Shown here piece after piece: positions 37,150 through 50,769 of a DNA stretch of 64,000 nt (its first letter is position 1; each line of letters begins with the position of its first letter). Source of the DNA: Camelus ferus (lineage: Eukaryota); contig NC_045696.1 in the NCBI RefSeq assembly GCF_009834535.1, positions 103,976,001 to 104,040,000 of the forward strand, given 5' to 3'. The translations under genes were made by a program, and so were the position numbers. Under the pieces are notes generated by a model. The model did no database searches. It was not told the origin of the DNA and saw only the letters and a program-made list of their open reading frames with translations.

Positions 37150-37862
37150 TCATGAATATCCAAGTAGCCCATAAATATAAGAAAAAGTGCTCAACTTCAA
37201 GAGTCATCAGAGAAGTGCAAAATTAACACTATAATGTGACTCTGCTGTATGCCAATAAGAATGGCTCCAATGAAAACAAGACAGTAGCAAGTGCTGATGA
37301 GGCTGTGGAGCAACTGGAACTCTCATATGGCTTCAGGTGGGCGAGTGAACTGACACAACCACTTGGGAAAACGAGGAGCATCCACTAAGGCTGAGCTTAT
37401 GGCTCACAGCCTCCTCCTGGTGTACACACGCTCACCAACACGTACATGGATGCTAAGAGAGGCACCAAACTGGAAACAAGAATTCCACAGTCCACCAATG
37501 GTGAAACGTGTACATAAACTGTGTCTCTTCATATAGTAGAACACTGATCAGCCATAAGGAGGAAGGAATCACAATTACATGCAAAAAAAACATGGATGAA
37601 TCACTTGAACATCATTTCAGGTAAAAGAACATTTTGTGTAACTTCATCTGTATAGACTTCAAAACAGGATGATGAAGTTAGGGCAGTGGTGACACGGGGG
37701 GAGCAGTGATTTGGGGGCAGGTATGGTTCCGCTCCTTGAGTTGAGTTCTGGCAATACCACTGTGTTCAGTTTGTAAACATCATCAGGCTTAAGCACCTGA
37801 GACCTGTACATTTTCAGTATATATGTTATACTTCAAAAACAAGTTTACATTAAAAATAAAAG
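37150..37862 (+). mobile_element. L1ME/MD-type 3' end
   Basis: aaaagtgctcaacttca...gaggctgtggagcaactggaactctcata...tatatgttatacttcaa followed by an A-rich end. Confidence 0.8.
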
Positions 37863-40800
37863 TCACTGACTGAGTTAGGAGTGCCCTGGCTTCCTGGTGG
37901 GTGGGTGTGAATATGACACAATTCAGGCATCTTCCCACCTGCCCCAGTGGGCAAGGAGGGGAGAAAGGGCTGGCTTGGAATCCCAGTTCCTGCTCCCACC
38001 ACCAGGGGGCCAGCTGGCTCGCCTTCCTGGAGCCATATTTTTCTCATCTGTAAAATCGGGGTAGTGACACCTCCACCCATGCCTTGTGACGACAGTATGA
38101 TACAACATGCTCCTTCCCTCAAAGGCGTTCTCTCTACACTATATCTTATTTCAGGCTATCAGCCTGAGATGTACCTTTAAAAATAGTACCAATTTACTTA
38201 TTGTAGTTCTAAAGATGCCCCAGTACATCATCTTAATTGACAACAATGCTTTGCTCTTGATGAAGATTTACTGGGGCCAGGGCTGGATGTCTGGTTCTGT
38301 GCTAAAAATATCATAAGGCAATCATTTCCAAAGTTCTCCGGTAAGCTGAATATTCCATAATTCTCCACCACTCACCTCCTGCCTGACCCTGAGTAAGCCA
38401 CAGAACTTCCCAGGGCCTCTGTTTTGCTGTCAATAAAATAGGGGAGTTAGTTTATCTGGCTATGACGGTCATGTCTTTGATGGAAACAGCGGAGATCCTG
38501 GCACAGAGATTGGTGGCTTAAGCTGCTTCTCTGGGCCCCTTGAGGTCTCCTCTGCTGACAGTGGGGAGATGCCAAGACATGTTAGTCACTACCTGAACCC
38601 TTTCCCTACATTTATATTTTGAAAAAAAGAACAATGTTTTTAAGGTCAAGAGGTGAAGTTCTTTAGCAACAGTTTTTGACAATGATCAGCAGATGGGGGA
38701 AGCTTTGAGTGACAACCCTGAAATCAGAACTTAAGTAGACCTGGGAACTGTCTGTTTTCTGCAAGAGAAAGGAGAAGACGAACATAGGGGCAAAGGCACA
38801 CACTCTCTACATGACAGACACTGTGTGACTCACTTTCTGCAGACTATGGCCTTGGTGTCCAAAGACTCAGAGAACTGCCTGCGTGCCTCTGGGCCTCCCC
38901 TCATGCTATTCCTTCAGCTAGAACACCCTTCCCTGTACTGCTGTCAGAAGCCTGCCTCCTCTCTCAGGACACAAATCAAGGGTCATCTCCTCCCCAGTGA
39001 CTTGGCTCCTCCACCTTCTAGGTCTACAGCTGTCAGGTGTCAATCCCCTTAGCACTATACAAATGGACAAATATGTCATTACCTGCTCATTTCTAAAATA
39101 TGGCATCTTTGTACCACCTAGCTTTAAAGGCCAACAGAGACCTCAGCTTACATCTAGATAGTACTCAGAATCTAGAGTTTTCTCTTAGTAAGTTTTACTG
39201 TTTCCCCAGCAAAAAGGGTTGTGACTATAGCTGGGACAAAGGCAGCATCTTCAGATGAACCCTCTGCCAACAAGCATGACGGGCACAGGTGGTCCCCACA
39301 GCCCAGGGGGGGCCCTCGCTTTCCCCGGGATAGAGGGCAGTCCAGTCACTTCACATGCGTGGAGGAGAGATGCGCAGCAAAACAGCCCTCCGTTATGCAC
39401 AACCTGCCCTGAACGGTGTGTGGCTGTGCTCAAGGGGGCAGCCTGGACCCACATGTGTGTGCCCCTTCCACCCAGCATCTCCCTGAAATGACACGTGCAC
39501 ATGTGACATGTGTGTGTATGAAGGAACTGACAGCTGGAGAGTCAGTCACTGAAGACACTAGGGTAAATTTCAGGAAGACAGAAAACAGGTGGATAGGATG
39601 GTGGAGAAACCAAGTAGAGAGCCAGCAGCCCTGGACACCAGGGGTGAACGTGGTTCTCACCGAAGAAGCTCCCTGAGAAGCCCCAAGCTCCAGCAACAAA
39701 GGGCAGAGTATGCACGGAGTGATCAGGGTGATCCCTTAAAGGTGTGTAAGCCCAACGTCTGGGGCACTTGTCCCGGCCGATGCCCTGGCCAGCTCTCTGA
39801 AGGAGGTGGGCAGCCTTGGGGAGGCTCCTGGTTGGTGCTGATGTCCAACAGAGAAGCCCAATGGAGCGTGAGCCCTTCTCCACCGCAGAGGTGGCCGTGG
39901 TGGGCCGTGGAGACTGGAAGACACTTCCATCTGGGTGACATGCCCTAAGGGCCAGCCCACCCACCAGCTCCCTGCCCCAGTACTCGACGGCAAAGTGGGG
40001 CCAGCAAAACGTTCTCACCAAATGACTCCACGGTGCTCTGAGGCAAAGGGGAGCTACACTGCTGCAGAGCAGACAGCAGCAACATTTTCAGATGTGTTCA
40101 GTGGCTCTTAAAGAAGAACCTCTACCCACCCAGCCTGAAAGCTACTTAAGGAGGTACTCCAGTAAAATGAAGAAGGAATCTTAGAAACACGATGGCACAA
40201 GCTTCCAGGAAAGGAGGAGAGTTAATGGAAGACAGGCGCAAAGGAAGGGAGAATGAGTGATGTCAAGGTCCAGTCGATTGCGATGCTTGGAAGAGCCTCC
40301 TTCCAGTGGCTGTGGTTTCTCTAAGTGCCAGCCCCCTGACAATGCTCTGCACCTCCTTACCTCTGACCCCAGCCCTCAGCTTCCCCCTCTCGGGTCTCCC
40401 ATTGTGCCCTCTGGAACTGCCGCTCCACACGAAAATGGCGCCCCGACTTCTCTGAAAGCTCCCTCCACCTCCTGCCCTGATTGAGCCCAGTGTTCTCCCA
40501 GGACACCACTGCCCTTCAGCCTTCCCTGGGGGATGTTTGCGTCTCAGGACTTCTGGCTTCCTCTGCCACATACAAAGCTCTGCAGCCTCCATCTGCTGGG
40601 AGAGGCCCCAGCTCCTCCGTGGCTCACACCACTGCGCTAGGTCCTCTCCTGATCCTTGCTGCTGTCATCTGCTGACCTCTGGCCCCTCATTTGTCAGGGC
40701 TCTGGTCTGGCCTCCCTGGTCCCCTTTCCACCCACGCCCCCCACCCCGATGATGGAATCCTCCGCTGGCACAACCTCTCATCACTCAGCCTCCTAGTTCT

Positions 40801-41240
40801 GGACCGCCTCATCCTCAGGGCCCCGCTCCTCCACCCGGCTACCACTCCCTGGGCCACACCACGGACCTCAGCATTGACCCGAAATGCCCCTTCCAGGACC
40901 CCAGTGACGCCGGCTCAGCCACCTCCATTGTGACCATTACTTCCCCCTCTCTCCTCGCTCAGTCCATCAGCATCCCTTCCCCTCACCTCCTTCCTCACCC
41001 AGCAGAATAATTCACTCTCCCCAGGGACAGAGGGTCCAGGGACAGACAGGAAAGATGGGGGTGGTGATGGCCAGGGAGTGGCTGTAGGGGGAGCAGTGTT
41101 GGGGGCTGGACCATGAATTGGGGTCAAGAAGCCTTTAGAATTCAGTTCCACTCCAGGGCCTCCTCCTCTCCCCGACCCTGCCTCACAGTTCAGTGGGAAG
41201 TGGCTGAGCAGCTGGCAGCCCTGGGTGCTGGCCGGCCTCA

Positions 41241-41255
41241 GCCACCATCTGGCGG
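41241..41255 (-). promoter_or_regulatory. CTCF core motif (candidate)
   Basis: Reverse complement reads CCGCCAGATGGTGGC. Confidence 0.5.
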
Positions 41256-43012
41256 AGGGGCCTTGCCATCCTCCTCGGGGCCTCAGCCTCTACCCAGGCG
41301 GCAAGTGGCTTGGCAATAAGGCTGAGGGTCCTTTCTACCAGCTGGCACTTGGCAGAACAAAAGTCACATTTAATCCTGGCAGTGGAAGGACTCTGGCTGG
41401 ACCCCATCAAATTGGGCTTCAACACACAAGACAAAAGTGAGTGGCAAGGCCAGGGATTCCTGTGAGATAAATGTTAGATGAGCCTTGGAAACCCAGGGCT
41501 GTGGCTCCCAAGCTGCTGGCACAGGCCAGGTGGGCATCCTGGGGGAGGTGGCTGGTTATAATTTGCTGTTATTTCGAAGGAAAGGCTGGCTACTCAGGGG
41601 CTGTACTCAGCTTTACCAAGTGAGGCTTGTTTTAGCCACAGGTTCGCATCAGCACTGTCAGAGGAATGAGGGATCTGGTGACTTGAATCCCCCATCTGAG
41701 GGCCTTCCAGCCACCAGGACTCTCTGTCTTGCCAGCCAAGATCTTGGCAGGGCTGCAGCTGACTGCCCGCTCACTTGCTGCCATGCCTCGCCCTGCCAAA
41801 GCCAGGGGGGAGCTAGCTGCTGCCCTCTCCCAGCTGTGAGGACCAATGAATGGTTCCAGGCAGGTGCTGGGGACTCAAGCCCTCCTGGAGGGTTTGTGGC
41901 CTCGGCCCGTTGGGCCTTCTCAACCTCCAAGCAGACGCAGCCTGGAGAAACCTCTGTGTGCTTGGTTGGGAAGGAGTGGGGAGAGGGAAGACGGGCGCAA
42001 CACCTGCCCAGCCTCTGAGAGCCTGGCTGGGGGGAGGGCGCTGTGCTAGGGAGGACTCCTAGCTCAGCCTCCACCCTAGAACAAGGCCAAGACCAGCAAG
42101 CTTGAACAATGTTAAGATGTCTTCACGCCCCATTCTGCAGAAGGGGACATCAAGGCATGAAGAACTTCACTTTTAATTAAAGGCTTCTCAAGAAGGGTTT
42201 GGAGGGATACCAGAGTCCTAATGTCGTTTTGTGGACTCTGAAGAGAAAGTCTTGTCCAACTGTTGCTCATCACACATGTGTGTATTCATCAGACTTCTAC
42301 TTAGAAACGTGCTTTCCAGGAGCTGCACAGGGGGCTGGGCACACAGAGGCTCATGGGGCTACAGATGGGGCAGGGAGACTGAAATAAATGGTTCAGCCCA
42401 GAGGGGTCTGTGCTTAGAAGGAATTGTAGGGGGAGCTGTGAGAGCCAGGAAGAGGGGCACGTAACTCAGTCTGGGGGTGTCCAGGATGGCTTCCTGGAGG
42501 AGGCTGCAGCTAAGAGATGTTCTGGAGGATGAATAAGACTTTGCTCTACTGAGGGGTGAGAAGGATGTCTGTTGGCCTTTCTGAAGGCATATCTCTAAGA
42601 TGAGTTCAAAGAAATCTCTTCTGTGTGACATCGGGGAGAGTTCACAGTTTTCTCAGAAGATAATTTGAAGAAACAATAACCAATTAGTGGAGAAAATCTA
42701 ATCTGTTAAAAAAAAAAAAAAGCCAGTGTCCTCACCTCACCGGGAACAGAGACTGGACCCTAGGTGTCTTAGCCAAGTGCCAGAGTGGCTGATGGGCAGC
42801 GTCTGGGGACGGATCCACACCATGTGACATCCTACGCATCACCTGACTGTGTGGGCATCGCTGTTCAAGTGAAAAAAGTTCCAAAAAGGCACAGCTCCCC
42901 TTCCTTTTACATACCCCTGAATTCTGACCAGAATGCTCAGTATTGGTAATCCCAAAGCCTGAAATATTTTTATTTTGGAGGGGAAACAAAAGTGATTCTA
43001 CATACCTCATTT

Positions 43013-43144
43013 TGTTTGGTTTATTTATTTATTGGGGAGGGGCAATTAGGTTTATTTTTATTTGTTTAATGGAGGTATTGGGGACTGAACCCAGGACCTC
43101 ATGCATGCTAAGCACATACTCTACCACTGAGCTATACCCTCCCC
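43013..43144 (-). mobile_element. tRNA-derived SINE, camelid vic-1 type
   Basis: Minus strand GGGGAGGGTATAGCTCAGTGGTAGAG...GAGGTCCTGGGTTCAGTCCCCAATACCTCC (Pol III A and B boxes), then an A-rich tail. TSD CTACATACCTCATTT (42998-43012) / CTACACACCTCATTT (43144-43158). Confidence 0.9.
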
Positions 43145-43221
43145 TACACACCTCATTTCAGTGTGTCCTTAGCACCTACTATTACCTGAATTAGAGGCAC
43201 CTGGGCTCGGGTCTGGGACCT

Positions 43222-43385
43222 AGTGAGCTATTCAAAGTGTGGTCTGTGGGCCGGCAGCTTCGGCTTGGCCTGGGTGCCTGCTGGAAATGCAGGGTCTTGA
43301 GCCCCATCCAGACTGACTGCATCAGAACCAGCATTGTAATGAGATCCCCAGGGAATCCCATACACGGGTCTACAGACCTGCTCCA
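43222..43385 (+). mobile_element. MER5A-like MITE
   Basis: gctattcaaagtgtggtctgtgggccggcagc...ggaaatgcagggtctt...atcagaaccagcattgtaatgagatccccag. Confidence 0.8.
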
Positions 43386-45799
43386 GTGGGTTGCTCCACA
43401 GACCACCCCAATGCCCTGCGGTGAAACCAAGTGCCTCCCGTTCCTCCTCACTGCTGAGTTTCTCTGATGGGTCTCAAGTCTGGACCTTCAGACACACTCA
43501 TCTTGTCCCTCCTCTGTCCTCCAAATCCGCCCCACCCCCAAGCCTTCCACATCCACCTTCTAAACATCTCTGTTCTACTCCGATTTTCCATCTTCATGAC
43601 CAGCCCTCTGGTTACTTCCTGACTCTACCATGAAAAGTAGCCCCCCGAGGGCTCCCTGCCTGCACCCTCGCCCCATCGGGCACAGCCCACACCCTCTGCT
43701 GGGAAAGCCTCTCCCGCCCTCCGCATACCCCTCCCCAGCAGAGGCCTTTGAGTGGTTCTTGTCACTATGGAGACTGTCTGAGGAGCCCACGGAACAGTTC
43801 CTGTGGTTACTGTCAGACATCATCCTCTAATTTCTGATTTAGGAAACATGGTCTCCCTGCCCTGGCCCATGATAAATCCCTGACCACTATGGAGGGTTCC
43901 AGAATCACCTCCTGTTGTTGGTGTTGTCTTCACCCCCTGTTGACTGTGGGTTCCCACAGGCAGGGACTGGCTTTTGTCCTTGCTCCCAGCCCCACGGCTC
44001 TGCTCTGGACATCGTGGGCGCGGGGTCAGTGGGAATGGGCAGGCCGATGTCTGGGGCTGGGGAGGCAGCTGCAATAAGCCTTCATTTCTACAAAGCAAAC
44101 TAGGGCCCGGCTTTTCTGGTACAGGGAATGAATTTTAAAAGTAGCCCTTTCAAACTGCCCTAAGTCGGCTAAAGAACCCTCCAGCAAGGTTCCTGCAGGC
44201 AGACAGAATTAGCAACACACTGCGCCAGTTCCTCGGTCTGCTGGAGGGGTGCTCCTGACTCAGCTGAAAAGTTTCCCAGAAAATCTGAGTGTTTTCAGTT
44301 TGGAGCCTGTCCCAGGGAGCTGCACGATGGCTGGGCACCACGGCCCTGCATGAGGACAGCCCCTGGTCACGCGGGGAGAGCCTCAGGGCGGGGGGCCCTC
44401 TGACTGGCACGTACCCTGCACCACGGATCATCCCACCGTCCCCAGGAGTTTCCTCTGCTGCTGCTGCCATGGGAACAGCCTGGCTGCCCCTCCAGGTACT
44501 GTAAGAAGCACCTCCAACGTGGGGAGACAACAGAGGGGAGCAGGGTCCTTCAGAGACAGTTGGTGCTTATCCCAGGCGGGGTGAGGTTGGGGACTCAGGG
44601 ATGGGACCCCCATTTCTTATGGTGTGTCCCCTTCTAAAGAAGAATGAGTGTGGGGACAGTGGGACTCGCCAACCAGAGAGCAGGATTCACTTAAAGCCAT
44701 GGTGATGAACACGGTGTGGTACTGAGAAAGGAGGAGACAAACTAGAAAGTTCGAGAACTAAAACTAAACGAGGCATCATTCAGACGCATACTATATGTGA
44801 AAAATCTAGAAGGAACAGTCAACACAAAATTCAGAGGAGTGGCTGCCTTGAGGCAGAGGGGTGGGGGTCGGCAAGGCTGGACCCACGAGGGGGACAGAAG
44901 GGCCTGACTGTCAGTGTTCCAGTCCTGTGGGCTGGATGATGGATTCACGGCGGCACTGAATCAGAAAGAAGTAAATACAAGAATCAGCAAAGTAGAATGG
45001 ATGAGGGCTCTGCACGGCACCAATGATGACAGTCTATTACAACTAAAGATTATGTTTAATCCAATCCTGTGTATGAGAGGTTCAGTTAAATGGAAACAGA
45101 GAGAGAGAGACAGAGAGCAAAGTGAACGAGAAAAGTCATGCGCTGGCCTCAACCTGGCTCAAAGCAAGAGCTCGGCTAGAGGCGGAATTACAGTGTAATT
45201 CTAGTTAATGGGCAGTGATGCCCTTGCCTGCTGAGGACTGAGTGCAGCTCCGGGGGAGGCATCGCTGGAAAGCAGACGCACAGGCCTAGGGTGAGAAGAC
45301 ACAGACCTGGTTCTGGTCTCATGTGGCAGTTGCTTCCTCCCTAGAAGGGGGACCACCTCTGCCTCTCCGGAAGCAAGGGGAGGGTGAGACGGGGGTGGAG
45401 GGAAAAGGTACCCAGTGTGGGGCCTGGCACACGTGGGCCATCATCAAATGACAGCTGTTATGGTTCTCAGAGCAGTTTGTCCTTTAGGACACAGTGAAAA
45501 AAAAGAGGCAGCTGGTGTGGTGAGCTGAGGACCGTGCACCCCGGGTGGGACGCCTCCACGTCGACAACTGCAGAAAATTCCTACCAGCGGTGTGCGCAGG
45601 CCGGCACAGCCAGCACGTTAGGGAGCCGGGGTCCGGACCCAGCCCCGTGGGACCCTGACTGCAGCCCTGTCCATCAGCCTCTTCTACTTTTGGGGATGTT
45701 CCTTCCAATCTTTTCATCAGAAGCAGAAGCATGAAGACACCAGTGGGCGTTGCTAGGTTTTCCAAGCACATCTTGGTGTGCTCACTGCGCTCTCTAGCC

Positions 45800-46060
45800 G
45801 GGTGTTTGGCAATAACGATATACAACGTGAACAGACACAGCAAGGACTTAGCCAGCCCTTCCTACGTCCTGAGGCGTCCTGAGCACTTCACGCGTCTTAC
45901 TGCCCTTACTCCTCACTGTGACCCAGTCGGGTAGCTACTATTATGAAAGCCCATTTATAGACTGAAGAAAGCGGGGCACAGAGACTTTAAGTCACCCACC
46001 GAAAGTCACAGTGAAGTGGTGAAAATGGGACTGGAATTCAGGCAGCACGGTTGCCAAGCT
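45800..46060 (-). mobile_element. MIR SINE
   Basis: cccatttatagactgaagaaagcggggcacagagactttaagtcacccaccgaaagtcacag. Confidence 0.75.
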
Positions 46061-47071
46061 CTCGGGGGGGGAGCTGGGGTGACAGTCACTGCCAAGGAAC
46101 TCCAGCCCTACCATTCTGTCACTCACTGTCAGTGCCCCGGTGCCCCGGACCCCAGCCCAGCTCCCTGTGGTGCAGGGAGCTCCCTGTCTCTGCACTGGTG
46201 GCCCCTGAATGGAGTGGAGGTAGGCCCCCAACCCAGCAAAGCCCAGCCATGGCTGGCAGGTGAGCTGTGAGGCAGCCCAGATGAAGGACCCTGCTGAGTG
46301 GAGACAGGTACTAAGGGGATGTTCAATCCACCTGGTTCTGTCTGGGGTTTGGCCTGAAGACCTTGGAGAGGAGGAGGAAGCAGGTGCAGGCTGTGTGAGG
46401 GGGTCTTCTCCCTGGCAGGCCCAACTGCCAGAACCAACCCCCTGGGGCTGGCCTCCTCGCAACCACCGAGGCCAACTGGCACAGCTGACTCCCGTTTTCT
46501 AGCAAATCACCAAGGTCAGGCCAACTTCCTTCCACTTGGGAAACGGCATCACTCTGGCCTCTTGCTAAGCAGCACCAGCCCCAGGGGTTTAATACGAAGG
46601 CCTTCTAATGGATTTATTGTGTTTATTTGACCTTTCCCAGTGTGAGCTCAGAAACAGGCCCAGAGGACGGGGGAAGCTTGTTTTTCTAAAGCTAAGCAAA
46701 ACTGATGAGTAAACTGAATTCTTGGATGGAGTCTGCCTAGTTTTCTCACCCGGGCTCCCCCCGCCTCTCCCCAGCCCTTGGTCAAAAGATCCAATTAGAC
46801 TCAAGAGGAACCCTGTATTTATGGGGTAGCTCTGGAAGAGGAAAACTGTATCTACTAAGAAGTGGTAAATGATGAGGTCTGCGAATAAATATTTCAATGT
46901 ATAAAGAGCCCTGACACAGAATAGCAGCCAGTAAATTTAGAAAGTACTGCTCTATTTCCACTTCGAGTTTCAAGGCAAATGATTTGTCGTTTCTGGTAAC
47001 TTTTAAAAAAGCTAGCAAACAGTGTATGAATGAAAACCACTTCTCGTATCACGCGTGTTTGGGTTTTAGAC

Positions 47072-47382
47072 CAGAGGCTTCAAACTCCAATGCTTAGGGG
47101 CCATGCAGGTGCCCTGAGTGACCAGTGAGGAGCAGATGGCAGCAGTGGATTTGGAGAGATTGGTGGGCCTCCCAACATTGGAGATGCACACACGCACTCA
47201 GCTCCGGCCTCAGCTCCAGGCAGGAATGTGGGCCCATGTTACCAGATTCCCTGCCCTTTCCAGAAAAGCCAGGAATCCAGATTTTTACATGATGTTTCTA
47301 AGTTATTTTAATTTAGTAGGGCCAAACAAAATATTTTGAGGTCTAGACACAGCCCTAGGCTGACAGTGGTCACCGGTTCTCT
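47072..47382 (+). mobile_element. MER102-like hAT-Charlie element
   Basis: cagaggcttcaaactccaatgc...gcaggaatgtgggcccatgttaccagat...aagccaggaatccagatttttacatga...gggccaaacaaaata. Confidence 0.75.
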
Positions 47383-48359
47383 GAGTGAAGCAGTCAGACA
47401 CTGCCACGCCACCGAGGGCCACCCATCCTCCATGAACCACCAGAAAGTCTGATCCAACCACAAAGGCACAAAATCCATCGGATCCAGGAATTTGCGCACC
47501 CTTCTTCCACAGCCATAACATCCACACCTCCATGGGGGAAGAAAAACAGAACTTCATGAAAACCCATTCTCTCTCTGCGGTCTCCCAGCGTGGATTCTGT
47601 ATCCAGACTGGGGAGATGTCACTCACCTGGTCACCAGACACACCCACGCCCTCTTCCTACCCAGTTCTCCATGTGTGGGTACCAGGTTGGTAAAACGTAC
47701 AAGCCATTGTACAGAGGTGAGAACAGCTGGGGGTCGGGGACGCGGTAGGGACAGCCAGAGAGAGACAGCAGAGGCACCACCATCACTACCCCACCAATGA
47801 GTGTAGTGGCAAATACAGAGATCGCACCACCGGCAACCTGCTGGGCAAGAACTAGCCCTTGTAGCTCAGTCAGTCCCCACAGCACCTCTCAGACAGGTAC
47901 CATGTTTGCCCCCATTTTAGAGATGAGAAGACTGGGGCACAGAGAGGGCTCATGACTTCCAAGAAACAGCAGAACTGTCGGCCCCAGAGTCTGTGAGGCA
48001 CCCCTCAGTGCCCAGAACATTTATGTATTTGGCGTAAAGTGCCTATAATATCTATTTTTCCATAAGATCAGACACCTTCTTATTGCTTATTTTATTCCAG
48101 ACAAGAGATGGCGGATGGTAGAGATTTATGGACAAAAATATTAGTAGAGAAAAATGACAAAGTTAACTTTTTTGACTGTGTGGGTTGAGAAAACGCAGAA
48201 AAACATCTTAGTTCAGGAGGTGGCAAAACCAGTTTCCTAAAGGAACATGGCTTGAGAATCCCCTTGATCTTGGATGATATAATAACCTAATAATACTGTA
48301 TTTTATACTTGCAAGTTGCTATGAGAGTAGCTCTTAAATGTTCCCACCATGAAGTCTGC

Positions 48360-49000
48360 AAAACATAAAAGTGGCCACTTTAAAGTACACAATTCAGTGG
48401 CATTTAGTGCATGCACAATGTTGTGCACCCGTCACCTCTATCAAGTTCCGAACCATTCTCATCACCCCTGTAGGAAACCCTGCGTCCATTAGGCAGTTAC
48501 TCCTCATTCCTCCTTCCTCCAGCCCCTGGCAAATACTAATCTGCTTCTATCTCTATGAACTGATCTATTCTGGATATTCTGTATAAGTGGAATCATACAA
48601 TATGTGACCTCTGTATCTAGCTTTCTTCACTCAGCACAACGTCCTTGAGGTTCATTTATGTTGTAACAAGTATCAGAACTGTGCTCCTTTTAATGGCTAA
48701 ATAATATTCCATTGTATTGATATGTCGCATTGTTTATCCATTCATCCACTGACGGACATTTTGTGGTATCTCCATCTTTTGGCTATTGTGATTAGTGCTT
48801 CTATGGATATTTGTGTAGAAGTATCTATTTGAGAACCAGTTTTCATTTCTCTTGGGTGTACATCTATGAATAGAACTGCTGGGTCAGATGGATCCCGTGT
48901 TTAATTTTTTGAGGAACGGCCAGACTTTTCCACAGCAGCTACATCATTATACAGTCCCACCAGCCATTTCTCCATATCCTTACCACTTCTTATTTTCAAA
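48360..49000 (-). mobile_element. L1MB-type 3' UTR, antisense
   Basis: ctttaaagtacacaattcagtggcatttagt...ccagcccctggcaaatactaatctgctt...gtggaatcatacaatatgtg...ttaatggctaaataatattccattgta. Confidence 0.9.
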
Positions 49001-49995
49001 TATGTGACTTTGGTTGGACAAGATTCTTGAAGTGAGAGACAGAAGACACAGTTTCTAGCTCTGCCAGGAACTCACTGTGATATTAGTAACATTAGTAACA
49101 TAGGTAATAATAATAAAGACAGTTGGCGTTTCTAGTATGTTTAGTGCACCAGGCACTGTTTTAAGATTGATCATAAATTAACTTATTTAATTATCGCAAC
49201 CATCAATATCTTCCTTTACAGAAGAGAAAAGTTAGTCCCAGGGAGCCATAACCGGCCAAGGGCACACAGCTCGTGGGTTGGGATCCCAACCCCGGCAGTC
49301 TTACCCCAGGTCTCAGGGCCACGCACGGTGCTCTGGGTTGCAGTTCTCAGCCTGTGTGAAGAGCAAGGGCGGGTCTCTTCGCCAAAACAGCAGAACCTTT
49401 CTGCCAGGTGAAATTTTATGTAGAGCGCAGTCTATTTAGCAGTTGGAAGGGAGGCTGCTCGGAGGATGGGGTCCCAGTTTCCAATCTTAAGGTGAAAACT
49501 TCAGAGGAATAGGGTTTTGGAACCTCCTTGCAAATTCCACGATTCTGAGTGTGCTACTGAGGAGTGATAAAGATGAAATCTCAGGCTCTCACCCAATGGC
49601 TGGCCATTTAATGTGTGAGAACCATACCTCATATTTACAAAGCATGTTGTCTTTTCTGAGGACCTGCACAAACATCCTATCTGCTGTCAGAGTGAGCCAT
49701 TCCAATTACATGCTTAAGGATTTACAAGGTCCTAAAGAACCTCTATCGATGGGGACAGGCTCCTTGGGAACCAGGGAGATGTGCTGATTTCAATTACGTG
49801 TGAACTGGCGCAGTCCCACTGTTCTCTTGCTTTGGTTGCAGCCCTCATGGCACCTCTTTGCTGCTTTGTCAGCCCCACCTAGGGACCCAGAATAAGCCCC
49901 AATGACTGTGCACTTCCTCTGCGCCGGGCCTGTGCTGAGAACTTTTGACACATAGTCTGCCTTCACCCTTGCTATAACCCCTTGAGGGAGGTGCC

Positions 49996-50262
49996 ACAGA
50001 ACCGTGGCCCCTTATCCAAAACCCTGGGGCCGACTGGGAATTCAAAGTTCCAGAGTTTAGTAATTAGGTTGCACATGCCACGTGCTGCAGAACATCGCAG
50101 GGCCTGCAATCACGCACATTGATATTTCTACAGGGGAACCTATGACGATTCACACTGAGTGAAATAAGAAACCGCTGTAAATAGCCTCACACCAATTCAG
50201 GCTGATCCGGCTGCCAAATGAGTTTGCCCCAAACTTAGGAATAAGGTTTTGTTTTTCAGAGC
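49996..50262 (+). mobile_element. MER46C-like TcMar-Tigger element inside a split MIR (~49905-49993 and ~50775-50885)
   Basis: ccccttatccaaaaccctggggcc...aatcacgcacattgatatttctacag...taaatagcctcac...ctgccaaatgagtttgccccaaactta...ttttcagagc. Confidence 0.75.
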
Positions 50263-50270
50263 ACAGTCCT

Positions 50271-50560
50271 ATTTACAAAACAGAAACAGATTCACAGGCA
50301 TAGAAAACAAATTTATGGTTACCAGAGGGGAACACGGGATGGGGTGGAGTTGGGGAGGAATAGATTAGGAGTTTGGGATTAACAGATACACACTACTATT
50401 TATAAAATAGATAAACATCAAGGACCCAGTGTATTCAATATCTTGAAATAACCTATAATGGAAAAGAATCTGAAAAAGAATCCACGTTTATCTATGCATA
50501 ACTGAATCACTTTGTTGTATACCTCAAATAATGTAAGGCAACTATACTTCAATGAAAAAA
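50271..50560 (+). mobile_element. Cetartiodactyl-type L1 3' tail
   Basis: atttacaaaacagaaacagattcacaggcatagaaaacaaatttatggttacca...gggattaacagatacacactact...ataactgaatcactttg...actatacttcaatgaaaaaa. Confidence 0.88.
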
Positions 50561-50726
50561 CTTTTTAAAAAGAGACCCCTGAGAGCTCCCTCACTCCTTC
50601 TGCCACATGAGAACATAGCAAGAATACGGCTGTCTATGAACTAGGAGGTGGGCTCTCCTCAGACACTGATGCCTTGATCTTGGACTTCCCAACCTCCAGA
50701 ACTGTCAGAAAAAAATTTCTGTTGTT
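50561..50726 (+). mobile_element. MaLR LTR internal fragment (MLT1A/MST-like)
   Basis: aaaagagacccctgagagctccctc...gccttgatcttggacttcccaacctccagaactgtcagaaaaaaatttctgttgtt. Both LTR ends are missing. Confidence 0.85.
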
Positions 50727-50769
50727 AATAATAATAATAGTAATGGTAATAATAATAATAATAATAATA
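50727..50769. repeat. (AAT)n microsatellite
   Basis: aataataataatagtaatggtaataataataataataataata. Confidence 0.95.

Noticed and set aside
37999..38013. CTCF-like CCACCAGGGGGCCAG
   Set aside because: Mismatch at the 3' end of the core, lies in MIR-like sequence and has no upstream module; too weak to call.
43070..43144. tRNA-like sequence
   Set aside because: It is the head of a SINE with a tail and TSD, not a tRNA gene.
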